This document shows, piece by piece, positions 35,013 through 47,416 of a stretch of 64,000 nucleotides of DNA. A program made the position numbers and the translations under genes. The DNA lies in the NCBI GenBank assembly GCA_026936335.1, contig JAPMXV010000004.1, positions 62,001 to 126,000 on the forward strand, written 5' to 3'. Numbering within the stretch: position 1 is the stretch's first letter; each line of letters opens with the position of its first letter. The notes below the pieces were generated by a model. The model saw only the letters and a program-made list of their open reading frames with translations, was not told the DNA's origin and did no database searches. This DNA comes from Mantamonas sphyraenae STR306 (lineage: Eukaryota > Protista > CRuMs).

Positions 35013-36629
35013 TCAACACTTGGTCAACGCATAGAGGAAACCCATGACATGTTCTGGGTCACCGGATTGGGCCCAGAGAGCCAGTTCCTCGACGTAATTG
35101 GCCATCCAGACGTCGACCTGAGGACCCATGGCAAGAAAGTCGTGGGCAATGTCGTCTGCGAGTCGATCGAGACGCACGCGCAGACTCATGAGTTGGGTGT
35201 GTTCCATGCCTTGGGCTGCCACGGGAGAGCGAGCACGCCAGCGGTTGTCCGAGCAAAAGTCACGTTCGCCATGCCACAGCGATGGTTCGGATTGGCCCAT
35301 CCACACGTAGCGACCCTGCCACAATCGGTTCAGGAAGGCCACGCTGCCGTGGTGGGATCCGTACACACGTTCCATCAGAGTGCGCAGGTACGCACGCACA
35401 AAGAAGTGTTTCACCGACGGCGCCCACTCGTCCTCAAAGGGCAATGCCCGTGCAAACGTGCCCGCCATCAACGCCGACCCTTCGCTTTCGCTCCACACAT
35501 TCACACTCACCGACGCCTCCAGCGACTCCACACGGTGCAGATACGCAGGCGGCAGGTACAACACATCCCCTGCACCCACCACCACGCGTGCGCCACCCAG
35601 CTGCGCCAGCGTCGGCGCCCCTTCTCCCTGCGGCAACCCTTCCAGCTGTGTTTGCTGGTGGCACGGGTGCAGGTGTGGAAACAGACGCATTGCCATTGCA
35701 CTCTGTCGGCTCAGAGGCATCACTTGGAACTCCTTGCGGCCCTCCAGCTGCACAAACATGTTGTGGTACGTGTCATAGTGCCAGTGCGTCACCGCACCCG
35801 CCGGTCCCACCCACACGTTCCGATGCACCCCAGCCTCATTCACCTGCAAAAAGTCGTCTGGAAGCGCCTCCTCCGCAAACTCTGCTCCCCATTGCGACAA
35901 CCCATGGCTGTAGTACAGCCTCGACGTTGTCGACGCCTTGTGCAGCTGGCCAAAAAACGCACGTGCGCTCATTTGGGGCACCACCTCGTAGCTCCAACGC
36001 TGCCACCCAATGCCCGGCACATTGGCCATGGGTCGGTCGTCGTGAAAGTAGCGAAACAATCCCGTGCGCGAGCGGTAGACGTGCTTCAACCTCACCCCAC
36101 TTGCCGCCAAGCGCTGGCCCAGCTTTGCCTGTGTCCACTCCATGGCCTTCCACCGCGTCACGCCACTGCCCTTGAGCACCATGGGACGTCCATACGACGC
36201 AATCTGACGCGCAAACAACCCATCCTCGTCCCGCACACGCACCACAGGCACCTCCCCGTCGCCCGCCGCCTCAAACGCCTCCCGTACACGCCTGTCCAGA
36301 TCCGCATTCATCGTAAAGTTGATCAACAGTCGCACGTCCTCCACAAACGCCACCTTGCCATCGCTGTCGTCTCCCTGTGCTCCACCCGTCCCGTCCGTGT
36401 TGTGCCGCGCCGCAACCAGGGACAACAGCCACGCCGCAAGTGCAAACGCCACCACCACAGCCACCATGCCCAAACAATCCGCAAGCATGTTGGACAACAC
36501 AGACCCTTGCCCCTTGCCTTTGCCTTTGCCAATGCTCCCATCATCCGACACCGCCTGTGTCCCCTCCTTTGCGTCACTGCTCCTGGTTCCTGACTCGCCC
36601 GCTGCCGTGCGTCGCCTTCGCGCTCCCAT
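35013..36629 (-). CDS. JmjC (cupin-like 8) 2-oxoglutarate oxygenase with N-terminal membrane anchor
   Basis: WVGPAGAVTHWHYDTYHNMFVQLEGRK and GDVLYLPPAYLHRVES (HxD...H triad). Confidence 0.88.
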   Translation of the reverse strand: MGARRRRTAAGESGTRSSDAKEGTQAVSDDGSIGKGKGKGQGSVLSNMLADCLGMVAVVVAFALAAWLLSLVAARHNTDGTGGAQGDDSDGKVAFVEDVRLLINFTMNADLDRRVREAFEAAGDGEVPVVRVRDEDGLFARQIASYGRPMVLKGSGVTRWKAMEWTQAKLGQRLAASGVRLKHVYRSRTGLFRYFHDDRPMANVPGIGWQRWSYEVVPQMSARAFFGQLHKASTTSRLYYSHGLSQWGAEFAEEALPDDFLQVNEAGVHRNVWVGPAGAVTHWHYDTYHNMFVQLEGRKEFQVMPLSRQSAMAMRLFPHLHPCHQQTQLEGLPQGEGAPTLAQLGGARVVVGAGDVLYLPPAYLHRVESLEASVSVNVWSESEGSALMAGTFARALPFEDEWAPSVKHFFVRAYLRTLMERVYGSHHGSVAFLNRLWQGRYVWMGQSEPSLWHGERDFCSDNRWRARSPVAAQGMEHTQLMSLRVRLDRLADDIAHDFLAMGPQVDVWMANYVEELALWAQSGDPEHVMGFLYALTKC

Positions 36630-36658
36630 CGCCAACGTGTTTTTCTTTTTTCCACTGC

Positions 36659-38779
36659 ATGAGCTCGCGCCACATCCGACGTCTCCAGGGCAATCAGGAC
36701 GACCTGCTCATGTCCTTTGCGGACACACACAGCAGTGACGACGATGACGACGACGACGACGACGACGTGGCCTCCTCCTCCGTCCTCAACGCCTTTGCCC
36801 TCCTCGACGGCGACGACGACGACACGGACGACGACGACGAGGTGCCAGACGACACACAGGACAATGGACACACAGCAGACGACGCGCAGGGTGAGGAGGA
36901 GGCCCACGTGGAGCTGGACGAGGCCTCCACTACGCTTTCCGGGAAAGCGGCGGAATCGCTCACCCAACCCAGCGGCCATGCAAGCAAAAAGAGCAAAAAG
37001 AAGAACCGCAACAAGAAGGGGCCCAAGGGAAAGGGCAAGGGTAAGGCCAAGAACACCAAAGACAACGATATGGAGTTGCTGGAGGCGGCCATTGCAGAGA
37101 ACAAGCAGGCGTTGCTGGAGGCCGGCGAGATCACCTCTGTCGAGACGCTGGAGCACAACGAAACCATGAAAAGCCTGTTTGCCTGCGACGCAGGCGGCTT
37201 TGACGTGCAAGTGGAGATGAAGGCGGTGTTTGGATTGAGTGCAGAGGAGGCCGAAGTGGCCAGTGGTGCCAGTTCGGGACGTGCGTTGCAGGCGGCGTCG
37301 CAGAGAGCCAACGCAGTGCACCGCAAGCGACTGCGTGGTGCTCAACGGCCCTTGCTGTTTGGCAGTCCCAAGCACGACTGGCCTGCCATGACACAGGGGC
37401 TCTCCATGGAGGAGGGGGACAGTGTGGACGGCTGCACCGAGTTTCGCTTTGTGTACAGCGAGGAGTATGAGATGGTGCAGGCAGAGTACATGCGATGTGT
37501 GGCCAGTGGACAGCCGCAAACCCTGATGCATCTGGCGCAGGTGTATCCCTACCATGTGGACACCCTCTTGCAACTCAGCGACTACTTCAAGAGCACCAAC
37601 GACCTTGCCAACAGCGGCCTCATGATCCAACGTGCCCTCTACGCCTACGAGTGTGCCTTCCACTCCTCCTTCGACCTCACCTCCGGCACCTGTCGCCTGT
37701 CCCCGGAACACGAACCCAACCGCAGCTTCATGCTCGCCGTCTTTCGCCACCTCCAGATGGCCTCCCGTCGCGGACTCAACAACACAGCACTCACCTGTGC
37801 CAAAGCCCTCCTCGGCTTGTGTCCCGACCTCGACCCCATGGGCGTCCTCCACTGCATCGACTACTACGCCCTTCGCTCCTCCAACCACGCCTTTGTCCGC
37901 CGTTTCTGCGCAAACTTTGACAACAGCCGCATCTATCTCCTGCCCAACTTTGCCTTTTCTCTGCCCATGGCCAAGTTTGTAAACTCAGAGGCAGGGACGG
38001 AGGACGAGGACGAGGAGGTCGACTCCTCTTCCTCCTCCTCTCCAGCTGCAGAAGCCGGTTCTGCTTCTGCTCGCGCCTGGGGTCCCCTGCTGGACAGCGA
38101 AGCAGACGCAGATGCGCTGCTGCAGCAAGCCATCATGCTGTTCCCCATGGCTGTGGGTCCGCTGCTGGCCAAGATCAACGTCAGCGGCTCGTCGTGGCAG
38201 CAGTTGTTTGACCACGAGTTTTTCCGCTACCGCAAGCAGTCGCAGGAGGCGTGGACCAGCCAATCCTTGCAACACCTGGTCAAGATCTTTGTGGAGCGCA
38301 ATCACGGCCTGTGGATGGACACCACCGTGCAGCAGTGGCTACAGGATCAGGTGCGCGCAGTCCTCGCTCGCTACGACGACGAGCACGACACCGACATCGA
38401 CACACTCACAAAGGCACGCGACACCCTGTTTAGCAACCAGGCGGACATCAACCTCTTCCAACATCTCATGCTCTCCGACTTTTCAGACACCATTGCCGTC
38501 GTCCCCGACGAGTTCCTTGAGGAAGGAGGCGCCCTGCCCGTGCCCCTTCAGGCACACGGCATCGAACAGGACACCGGTCCCATCCTGCCCAACCCATACT
38601 ACGGCAACATTGCACAGATGAACCCGGCCGTTTTGTTTTTCGGCTCCATGCTCCCGTGGACAGGCGTGCCCAACCAGGCCAACGTCGACGCATACGCGGG
38701 CCTCACTCTCCAAGAACAGGAGGATCTCATGGCCACGTTGATGGCCCAGTGGAGTCAAATGTGGAATGGACACGGGTGA
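36659..38779 (+). CDS. TCF25: Ribosome quality control factor TCF25/Rqc1
   Basis: MSSRHIRRL start, YPYHVDTLLQLS, RALYAYE, NRSFMLAVFRH, DPMGVLHCIDYYALRS and LPNFAFS. Confidence 0.92.
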   Translation: MSSRHIRRLQGNQDDLLMSFADTHSSDDDDDDDDDDVASSSVLNAFALLDGDDDDTDDDDEVPDDTQDNGHTADDAQGEEEAHVELDEASTTLSGKAAESLTQPSGHASKKSKKKNRNKKGPKGKGKGKAKNTKDNDMELLEAAIAENKQALLEAGEITSVETLEHNETMKSLFACDAGGFDVQVEMKAVFGLSAEEAEVASGASSGRALQAASQRANAVHRKRLRGAQRPLLFGSPKHDWPAMTQGLSMEEGDSVDGCTEFRFVYSEEYEMVQAEYMRCVASGQPQTLMHLAQVYPYHVDTLLQLSDYFKSTNDLANSGLMIQRALYAYECAFHSSFDLTSGTCRLSPEHEPNRSFMLAVFRHLQMASRRGLNNTALTCAKALLGLCPDLDPMGVLHCIDYYALRSSNHAFVRRFCANFDNSRIYLLPNFAFSLPMAKFVNSEAGTEDEDEEVDSSSSSSPAAEAGSASARAWGPLLDSEADADALLQQAIMLFPMAVGPLLAKINVSGSSWQQLFDHEFFRYRKQSQEAWTSQSLQHLVKIFVERNHGLWMDTTVQQWLQDQVRAVLARYDDEHDTDIDTLTKARDTLFSNQADINLFQHLMLSDFSDTIAVVPDEFLEEGGALPVPLQAHGIEQDTGPILPNPYYGNIAQMNPAVLFFGSMLPWTGVPNQANVDAYAGLTLQEQEDLMATLMAQWSQMWNGHG

Positions 38780-38840
38780 TCTGCAATCTCCTTGTTGGGT
38801 TCTCACTTGCCCGTCTCTCCAATGTTCCCTTTGAACACAC

Positions 38841-40871
38841 TCACATCGCATTCTCACCCGCAGCCTGCTTTGCCAGCGTGGCCAGCGTCTCTTCGTATCG
38901 CTTCTGGATCAGCTTGCGCTTGTTGCTCATCTTGGGCGTCACCAGGCCGTTGTCCAGGGAAAACGGCTCCGTCAGGAGGGCAATGGCATGTGGCACGGTG
39001 TAGTGTGGCACCTTGTCACACTCCTCACGCACCTCCTTCATCAAAAAGTCACGCACCGAGTCACTGGTTGCCATTTGGTCAACGCTCATATCTGCCTTGA
39101 TGCCCAGCTCCCGTCGCACATGGGCCCAGTTGGGCACCACGAGTGCCACGTTGTGCTCCTGGCTGCTGTGACCGTACACAAAGGCCTGATCGATGAACGG
39201 GCTGTGCGTAATGGCATTCTCCACCTGGGTGGGCACCACAAACTTGCCGTTTGCCAGCTTGTACTGCTCCTTGGCACGTCCCGTGATGCGCAGGTACCCA
39301 TCCTCCCCCAGCGTGCCCAGGTCGCCCGTGCGGAACGCACGCATGCCATTCACCACACACATGTCCTCGTTTGTCAGCTCGTCCATCTTGTTGTAGCCTG
39401 CAAAAAGGTTGGGTCCACTGATCACCAACTCTCCCTCCTCGCCCGCACGCTCCACAGGCGTCGTACTGCCCACTGGACACACGTGCACAATGACCCCACG
39501 TACGGGCTTGCCACACGTGCCTGCCTTGCGTGCCCCCGGTGCGTTTGTGGCCACCACAGGCGAGGTTTCGCTCAAGCCGTACCCGTTGTAGATGGCCACA
39601 TCCAACTTCTCAAAGAACTCTTCCACTTCGGGCGACAACGAGGCGCCTCCAGACACACACATGCGCAACGAGGTGCCCATGCGATTGCGCAGACGACGTC
39701 GCACAAAGCCCGTCATGCCCCTCAGCAACGCGTTGTCTCCCATGGCCGCCTTGAACAGTGTGCGTGTCATCCAATCGCCCGTGCTCACCGCCCGTTGCAC
39801 ATTGTTGCGAATGCGTCCAAACACCGCCGGCACAAGGTACATCAGATGCGGATTCACCTCGATCATCTTCTCCGCCAGATCGTCCGAATCCTGAACAATG
39901 TGCGCACCAATGCCCGTGTATAGCGACATGTGCACCTCACACATCTGTCCGTACACGTGTGCCCACGGCAGCACCGACAACGAGTGTTCTCCAGGCTTGA
40001 TGTGACCCTCAATCGTCTCTGCAGCCGCAACCGTGTTGCTCACAAGGTTCGTGTGTGTCAACATGACTCCCTTGGGTTTGCCCGACGTACCAGACGTGTA
40101 GATGATGGAAGCCACGTCGTCCCCCTCCAGAGTGGCACACACTGGCTCCTGCTGCTTTGCGTGACGACCCTCCTCCAGCATCAACGGCCACAGATCCATG
40201 TTCTCCTCCACAAACATCGACTCTGTGTCATCCCACATCGCGTTCACCACCAATTCCTTGGGTGTTCCGGGGACGGATGGGGAGGGCTGGCGAGCAACGC
40301 TGTTCAGATGCACAAACATCGGGTCGAGGCCCACCAACGTCTCCACGTGTGCCACGCCACGCTTCTCTGCCAACGATTGCACGGTGCTGCATGCGCCCTT
40401 GAGCTTGGTTTCCATCATGGGTGTGCGTGGCACCAGCAACACCTGCACATCCGCATTGTCCAGAATGTGCGCCCAGTCGGCCTCTGTCTGCTGCTCATAC
40501 ATGGACACAAACTGCCCTCCAAGACCGTACGTGGCATAGGCTGCCACTGCCCATTCCACACGATTGCGTGAAATGATGCCCACCCGCGAGCCGTGTGTAA
40601 CCCCCTTGGCCGCCAACGCCGTACGCATGGCATGGACATCCTCCGCAAACTGTCCATACGTCACCGAGTACCCCGCAAGGTGACTTCCCTCCAGTGTTTC
40701 ACGCACCCGTGCCACCGGTGAGCTGCTGTACAGCTCCTGCGACGCAAACGCCGCACATTGTGCTTCCTGCATCTCCACCAGTGTTTGGAAAGGCAGGCCC
40801 TCCATAGCGACGTTGCGCATGGCTGCTGCTTCGGAAAGCGCCTGACCCAACGGAATGCTTCTGCGGAACAT
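38841..40871 (-). CDS. Long-chain fatty acyl-CoA synthetase (AMP-binding)
   Basis: IIYTSGTSGKPKGVMLTH, GYGLSETSP, FRTGDLG, ITGRAKEQYKLANGKFV and TPKMSNKR. Confidence 0.93.
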   Translation of the reverse strand: MFRRSIPLGQALSEAAAMRNVAMEGLPFQTLVEMQEAQCAAFASQELYSSSPVARVRETLEGSHLAGYSVTYGQFAEDVHAMRTALAAKGVTHGSRVGIISRNRVEWAVAAYATYGLGGQFVSMYEQQTEADWAHILDNADVQVLLVPRTPMMETKLKGACSTVQSLAEKRGVAHVETLVGLDPMFVHLNSVARQPSPSVPGTPKELVVNAMWDDTESMFVEENMDLWPLMLEEGRHAKQQEPVCATLEGDDVASIIYTSGTSGKPKGVMLTHTNLVSNTVAAAETIEGHIKPGEHSLSVLPWAHVYGQMCEVHMSLYTGIGAHIVQDSDDLAEKMIEVNPHLMYLVPAVFGRIRNNVQRAVSTGDWMTRTLFKAAMGDNALLRGMTGFVRRRLRNRMGTSLRMCVSGGASLSPEVEEFFEKLDVAIYNGYGLSETSPVVATNAPGARKAGTCGKPVRGVIVHVCPVGSTTPVERAGEEGELVISGPNLFAGYNKMDELTNEDMCVVNGMRAFRTGDLGTLGEDGYLRITGRAKEQYKLANGKFVVPTQVENAITHSPFIDQAFVYGHSSQEHNVALVVPNWAHVRRELGIKADMSVDQMATSDSVRDFLMKEVREECDKVPHYTVPHAIALLTEPFSLDNGLVTPKMSNKRKLIQKRYEETLATLAKQAAGENAM

Positions 40872-40946
40872 GTGTTGAGGTGTGCTGTCCCTGGGGTGTT
40901 GGATATGCTCTGTCTTACGCAGCGCAAATCGTCCCGGCACTTTGAA

Positions 40947-41591
40947 ATGGTTCGTTTTCGCTTCCCGTCTCCCTCACAGAAACCTCCCGCCGCCCTTGCA
41001 CTCACACTCGCTTCCTTGTGACCCTCCTTCTCCTCCCACGCTGTTTGCCTGGATCCCACGCTTGTGCCATGCCTCCTGTTTCCCGTCCCAGTCGGCCCTG
41101 TTTGACTTTCAGCAGCTGCTGGTGTGCGTGTTGCTGCTCATCTGCACCTTTGCCTTTCTCAAATCGTCCTTTGGCATGTTCCAGGAGAACAAAGAAGGGT
41201 ATGTTGTCTCCATGAGCCTTTCTACACGCCCATACCATTCCTATCCCACCTCGTTTCTGTCCCTCTCTGTCCTCCCCATCGCATACCAGGGCCTCGGCCG
41301 TTGTGCATTGGGCGCCACGTCAATCCGCACCCGCCTCTACGCCGTCCCCACCGCCACACACACACACACACCCACACGCATTTACGTGTACACCCACAAT
41401 GTGACCTCTGTGAACCGACGTGGGCTGTGTGTGTGTGTTGACCATAGGACCACCCACTGACACGAGCAGCAACCCCGTTTCCCAGACTTTCGGGTGTACC
41501 ATACAAACTGGCCATCATTGGACAGCGGCTATCGCTGTGGGTCTCCATGGCATGTTTGGCCATGTCTGTACATGTGTTGTTTCTGCGGTGA
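40947..41591 (+). CDS. TMEM167: Protein kish (TMEM167), 3 exons (40947-40949, 41092-41198, 41486-41591)
   Basis: Spliced product M|SALFDFQQLLVCVLLLICTFAFLK...EG|LSGVPYKLAIIGQRLSLWVSMACLAMSVHVLFLR. Confidence 0.85.
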
Positions 41592-41662
41592 TGCAGTGGG
41601 CCAGCCAGAAAACAACAAAATCCTTTCCGTTCATTCAATTCACGTGTGTGCTTTTCAGACAA

Positions 41663-43699
41663 TCACACAGTGCCCTTGGGAGTCGAGGTGCTCAGGATGC
41701 CCGAAGATGGCACAGAGGGGGCACGGTCGGTGCTCCCATAGTTGGCGTTGTTGCCGCCTCCGCCAATGGACTTTGGCTGCGAGCGGCTAGCCTTGCTTCC
41801 CGGCTTGCCTGCCAGGAGGGAGGACGAGGAAGTGGCGTTGATGGAACCCTCGTCGGACACAGAGGGCGAGTTGGGAGGCGGGGCTTTGATGCCCAGGCGA
41901 CTGATGTAGCTGTTGCGAATGGTGGTGGTGGTGCGCGGCTTGATGGCCACCTTCTTGCTGCGGATGACACGCACGGCAGTCTCCAGGTTGCCCGTGAGAC
42001 CCATGGTGAAAATGGGATCCTGTCCATCCTCTTCGGCTTCGGCGTCCGCCGACGTTTCGCTGACGCTGCGGTAGAGGATGAGACCCGTGAGGATGACCAG
42101 CAAGCCGCCAATGTCGTAGCCACTCAGCGTGGTGGCCTGGTCGCCCATGACAAACTTAAAGGTAAACGTGATGTTGGCCAGCGGAATGATCACCGTCGAG
42201 GCAATAAACATGAGCGCTGCACTGCCGTGCTTCAGCACCAACAACAGGGCAATGTTGTACAGAATGTTCGCCGCAATGTATGCACTCACAGCCAGCAGCG
42301 CTGGTCCACAGTCATCCACACGGCATCCCTCCACGTTGGGCGGGCATTCGGTGATCGTGTTGATGCCCAAAAAGATGCACTTGGAGCCATTCAACAGACT
42401 GAGAACCCAATGATGACGTGGGTGTTAGCACGAGAGACTGCACAGGGAAGAGAGCAATGCTACTTACTTGGTGGGGATCTCTGCCAGAGGCATGTTCTGC
42501 AGGGGAGCGGCAACGGGAGCGAGGAGGAGGCCGACCAGGAACTGGAAGAGGGCAACCCAAGCGTTGAGATACATAACATCCATGGCCTGGGCCTTGAATG
42601 CAATCTCCTTGTAGACACTGCTGAGGGCAGTGGGCACATTGTTGCTGAAAAACACCATGTTCCAGAACAGCAGCGTGGCCGCCGAGCCGGCTCCAGCCGC
42701 GTGCCCTGCCAGCGACGGATACAATGAGATAAAGATGCCAATGAGGATGATAAAGGCACCGGCGTACTGCAGACGATGGTACCGCATGCGAAGAATCAGC
42801 ACCGTGGCAATCATGGTCACCGGGATGGCGCCTGTGAAGCAGAGGGGATGTGTGTGTGTGTGGACGTGCAGATGTGTGTGCGTGTGCGTGTGTGTGTGTG
42901 TGTATGCAGGGCGACGTACGAGTGAGTGGTGTGTCAGGGCCACAAGGAAGGAGAGGGAACGAGAAGCGGATTCGAGGCCCAAGCAAAAATGCAGAAGGAC
43001 ACAGGCGGCGCCTGGCCAGGGCGAGACAACGTACCCTGGATGAGGAGGACGGACATGGGACCGCTGATGTGGTCGAGACCAAAGATCATGAGGAAGCCAG
43101 CGAGGGCATCGAGGGTGCCCATGACGGCAAACTTGCGCTTGGGGAAGGAGGTCATGTCCTCGGTGATGGAGGTGCCTCGGGCGAGCTTGTACCAGACGAT
43201 GCCGTAGAAAATGGGAATGTAGACAATGGTGGTGAGCTGGCTGAGCATGTACGGGTCTGTTGTACACGAATGTGCGTGTGCGTGTGTGCAGTGTGTCAGC
43301 AGGGCGGGGTGGGCAGAGGCAAAAGGGCGTGTATCGGGCTCCGTTCAGGCCGGCACCAGGTCAGGACACGCAGAAATTCGCTGAAATAAGCCATCACGCA
43401 CAGTTGTAGGTGTACACCGTCTGGATCTTGGAAGTCACACGGTTGACTGTGCCGATGAAGATGAGGAATAGCAGGAGGAAGATGAGATACGGGTTCTGGA
43501 CGGAGTTGAAGATGTTGCGGATGCGCTCCAGCACGCCCTGAGGCGGCGCCTGGTCCAGCTCCTGCGCCTCAGGATCCTCATCCCCAGCCACCTGTGTGTA
43601 TCCACCCTTGGTCTTGGTGGTCACCGGCTTGATCTTGCCGCTGTCGTTGTCCTCGTCGTCGAGACGCGAGTATTTGGTTTTGGAAGTGTTGGAGGACAT
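41663..43699 (-). CDS. CRT-like (chloroquine-resistance transporter family) DMT transporter, at least 4 exons
   Basis: KFAVMGTLDAL, LLIQGAIPVTM, ALSSVYKE, LNAWVALFQ, KCIFLG.N and NILYNI.LLLVLKHGSA. Confidence 0.88.
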
Positions 43700-43761
43700 C
43701 GCAATGCTGGTCGTCGGGGCTTGGGGAGCCCGCGCAGCATCAGCCAAACACTCAAAAGAGA

Positions 43762-46700
43762 ATGGAAAACGTGGGCTCCAGCAGCAAAGCGCTGTTTACG
43801 GAGCGTCCACACATTCCGGAACCTGTGCATAGGGTGCCCACGGCGCCCGAGGGCAACGAATCGCTGTCGTTTCGCTCCTCGGATCTGCCCACACCCAGCT
43901 TTGAGGAAATGCGCAAGCTGTGTCATTACTACGAAATCAAGGCGGGTGGCAAGTACAATGTCGAGAGCAAGGCTGCCAGGTGAGTTTGTCAGCCAGGCTG
44001 TGTGCGTGTGTGTGTCTGTGTGGGGCGCCGTAAACAGAGATGGCGGGAAAAGAGGGTCTTGTCATCGTCTTTTGCCGCCTTTTTGCCTACACACGCTCAA
44101 CCACAGTCTTGCTCACACGCTCACATGGCCCATGGCGACCGGTAATGATGCAATTGCAACGGATGATCGACGTATGACCTGCACAGGTACCTGTACGAGC
44201 TGTCGCACGAGATCCAAGAGATGATGAAGTACCTGGAGGCGAGGGAGGAGCGGCACGTAGGACGGCTGAAGCACCTGGAAAAGGTGTTGCGGGACTGGGA
44301 AGAGCTGTTTGGGTCGCCCTCCACAGAGTTCAGGCAGCTGTTGATGCTGCCTGTGAACAAGCCGGTGACGCCATCGCTGTTGATGGAGCGCATGAAGATC
44401 CTGATTGCTCGCAACGAAGAGCTGGAAACGCAGCTGCGGGACCTCAGCATCCGCCACGACGAACAGGTGGAACGGATTGAAGAGTTGCTGGCCAATGGGG
44501 CTGGGATGGACACAGGGATGATGGAAGGGATGATGATGGGAGGTGGCGGAGGTGGGATGCGAGGAGGAGGAGGAGGTGGTGTTGGACCCGGCACCATGCC
44601 CGGCCTGAGTGAGAGTGTTCGAGCAATGATGGGCGGCACCTCTGTGCCCATGCCCAGCATGACGATGGCCAACCTGACGATGCCAATGCCGGGCATGGGA
44701 AGCACCATGGGCAACATGGGCAACAGCGGCGGCTTCTCAGTCAACATGCCCGACACATCTGGGCTGACAGCTCATCTGGAGGAGAACAGACGCACTCTAG
44801 AAAAGGAGCAGCAAGCATTGCGGGCGCAACAGAACGAATGGGAGCAGGAGGCAGCGGTGAAGCAACAAGAGTTTACGGCTGCCATTGCAGGACTGGAAGC
44901 CAAGGCGAGCGAGCTGAACGAGCAGGAGTCGACGTTGCAGCGCAGGCACCAGGAGCAGCAGGAATCGTTTCAGGCACAGTTGCGTCAGTACCAGCAGATG
45001 TTGGATGCCCAAAGCCAACAGATGGGAATGCAGGCGGCAAACGAACGGCAGCAGCTGGAAATGCAACGGCAGGCACTGTTGAACCAACAGGCAGAGATGG
45101 AACAGGGTTACGCGGAACAGATGCGTGCGCTGCATGAACACCAAGAGCAGCTGAGTGCCCAGCAGGCGGAACAACAGGCGTTGGCACGGCAAAAGGCAGC
45201 GGAAACGCGTGCGTTGCTGGACAAACAGGCCAGTGAGATTGCACAAAAGAATCTGGAGATGCAACGATTGCAACTGGAGGCACAACAGGCGTCGCAGGCG
45301 GCACAGCTGGCACAGGCGCAGTTGGCACAGCAGACGATGGCATCGAGGCAGCAGATGACACAGCAGCAGATGGAGAGTGCCGAAGCGTTGCGTGTGGCAC
45401 AAGCACAAGCACGCGCGGCACAGCAAGCGCACGCAGACGCACAGAACAAGATGCAGGCCATGGCAGATTCGCAGCAGCAGCAAACGGCACAGATGCAGGC
45501 AGAGATGCAGGCACAACTGCAGGCAGCACAGCAACAGCTGCGCGAGGCACAAGAGGCACAAGCACATGCACAGATGCAGGCTGCTCAGGCACAGGCGCAA
45601 GCACAGGCGCAAGCGCAACAAGCACAGCTGCAGGCACAGGCACAGGTGCATCAGGCACACATGCAAGCCGCACAGGCAGCACAGGCACAACAGGCCCAGG
45701 CATCTCTCCGTACGTCTCCCTACTCCACAGGCATGGGTTTGCCCAGCGTGCAGAGCGGCATGGGTATGGGAGGTGGCACGATGGGGGCCGGCGCAGCAGG
45801 CGTTGGTCCACAGCCGCAACCCCAATCCCAGGCACAGGCACAGCCGCGTGCGTCACGCTACTTTCAGGGTGGACGTGCAGCGTCGCCCATGTCGTCGTCG
45901 TCGCAAGGCAGGACGACGACTCTGCGCAGGACCGGAAGCGGAGTGAAGCTGACAAGCAGTGGGGGTGGCAGCAGCAGTGGACGTGGAGGTGGACGTGGTG
46001 GCGGAGTGGGCTCCTCGGGGGCCTCTGTGGGCAGTTATCGATCGGGGTCGACGGCAGCACGCAGTGCAAGTGTGCTGGGCGTGGGGTCGCTGGACGACCA
46101 AGAGCGGATCATGCGCGAGGAGCTGGACGAGATGAAGAAGATGTACACGCAGATCTGCAAGGACATCTTCAACCAGAAGGAGGAGGAGATGCAACTTCTG
46201 CGTGAGGAGTACGAGGAACGCATCCAGGAAATTCAGAACGAGGTGTTGGAGCAGGAGATGGATTCGCAGAAGCAGATGGACATGGTGCGTGAGCAACTGC
46301 GTCTTCAGTACCAACTGCGCGAGATGGAACTGCGCAAGAACTTTGAGATCGAAGCCATGGAGAGCAAGAAGGAACTGGAGGCCGCCAAGATGAACTACGA
46401 ACGGCTGCTGTTTGAGACCAAGCGCAACCTCCAGGACAAGTATGAAAACACAGAGACCGGACGTGCAATCAAGGACGAGGAGCTCACCATGCGTCTCGAC
46501 GAGCTCATGCTCAACCTGTTGGAAAAGTACGAGAGTGGTGAAATCAACCATGCTGCATCGGCAGCCGGCACAGGAGGGTCCTCGGGATCCGAAGACGGCA
46601 CTAGCGGCGAGCTGGGCGACGTGATGAGCAGCCACGAGGTGACACAGAGCATGCACGAACAGAATCTGCAGAGCCAGTTGGCACAGTGGCAGGCGCGATA

Positions 46701-46953
46701 CAACGAGCTGCACGCTCAGTATGTGAAGCTGAACATGCGGTACCAGAACCTGCAGAACGAGATGAAGCGACGAGACGAGGAGATCAGCACCAAGGCAAAC
46801 GAACTCAAGGCGCTGGCCAAACTGCGAGAGGAAAACGCACAGCTGAAGAACCGAAGTGCAGAGCTGCTGGCCACAGTGCAGGAGCTGAGCAAACGCAACC
46901 ACGACACCGAACTGTCGCGCATGCGCACCAGTCTTGCTGGAAGCCGAAAGTGA
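43762..46953 (+). CDS. Large Q/A-rich coiled-coil protein, 2 exons (43762-43979, about 44188-46953)
   Basis: Long heptad-rich ORF. A gtgagt...cacag intron joins the upstream exon in frame. Confidence 0.7.
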
Positions 46954-47164
46954 AGAGTACGTCGGAATCCAAAGCAGTTGCTGTGCGTTTGGAAAACCAC
47001 GGAGCTTGGTCTCGACGGCATCCTGATTCAGACCACCCGTGGTGCCTAGAGACGATGACTGGGTGCCACACTGCTGCTTGTGGTGGCGGTGGTGGTGGTG
47101 GTCGCGGTGGAAATGAACAGTCAGTGAGGAAGGTTTGCAGAAATTCATTCCAGTGTCGTCTGTG

Positions 47165-47381
47165 TCATGGTCGCATGGCTGCCCGTGCATCGACGAAATC
47201 AGCAAAAATGGTCTCCAGGAACTCACGGGACAGATCAAACCCATTGTTGACCATGAGTTCCAGCGACAGTTGGTTGGTTTCCTTGGCATTGCTGATCATT
47301 TGGCCATTGACAGCCGCGTGCGAGTCCAGGGGTCCCGCTGCTGGCATGACGCGTGTGTGTGGTTGTTGCTGTTGCTGTTGC

Positions 47382-47416
<35 letters not shown>

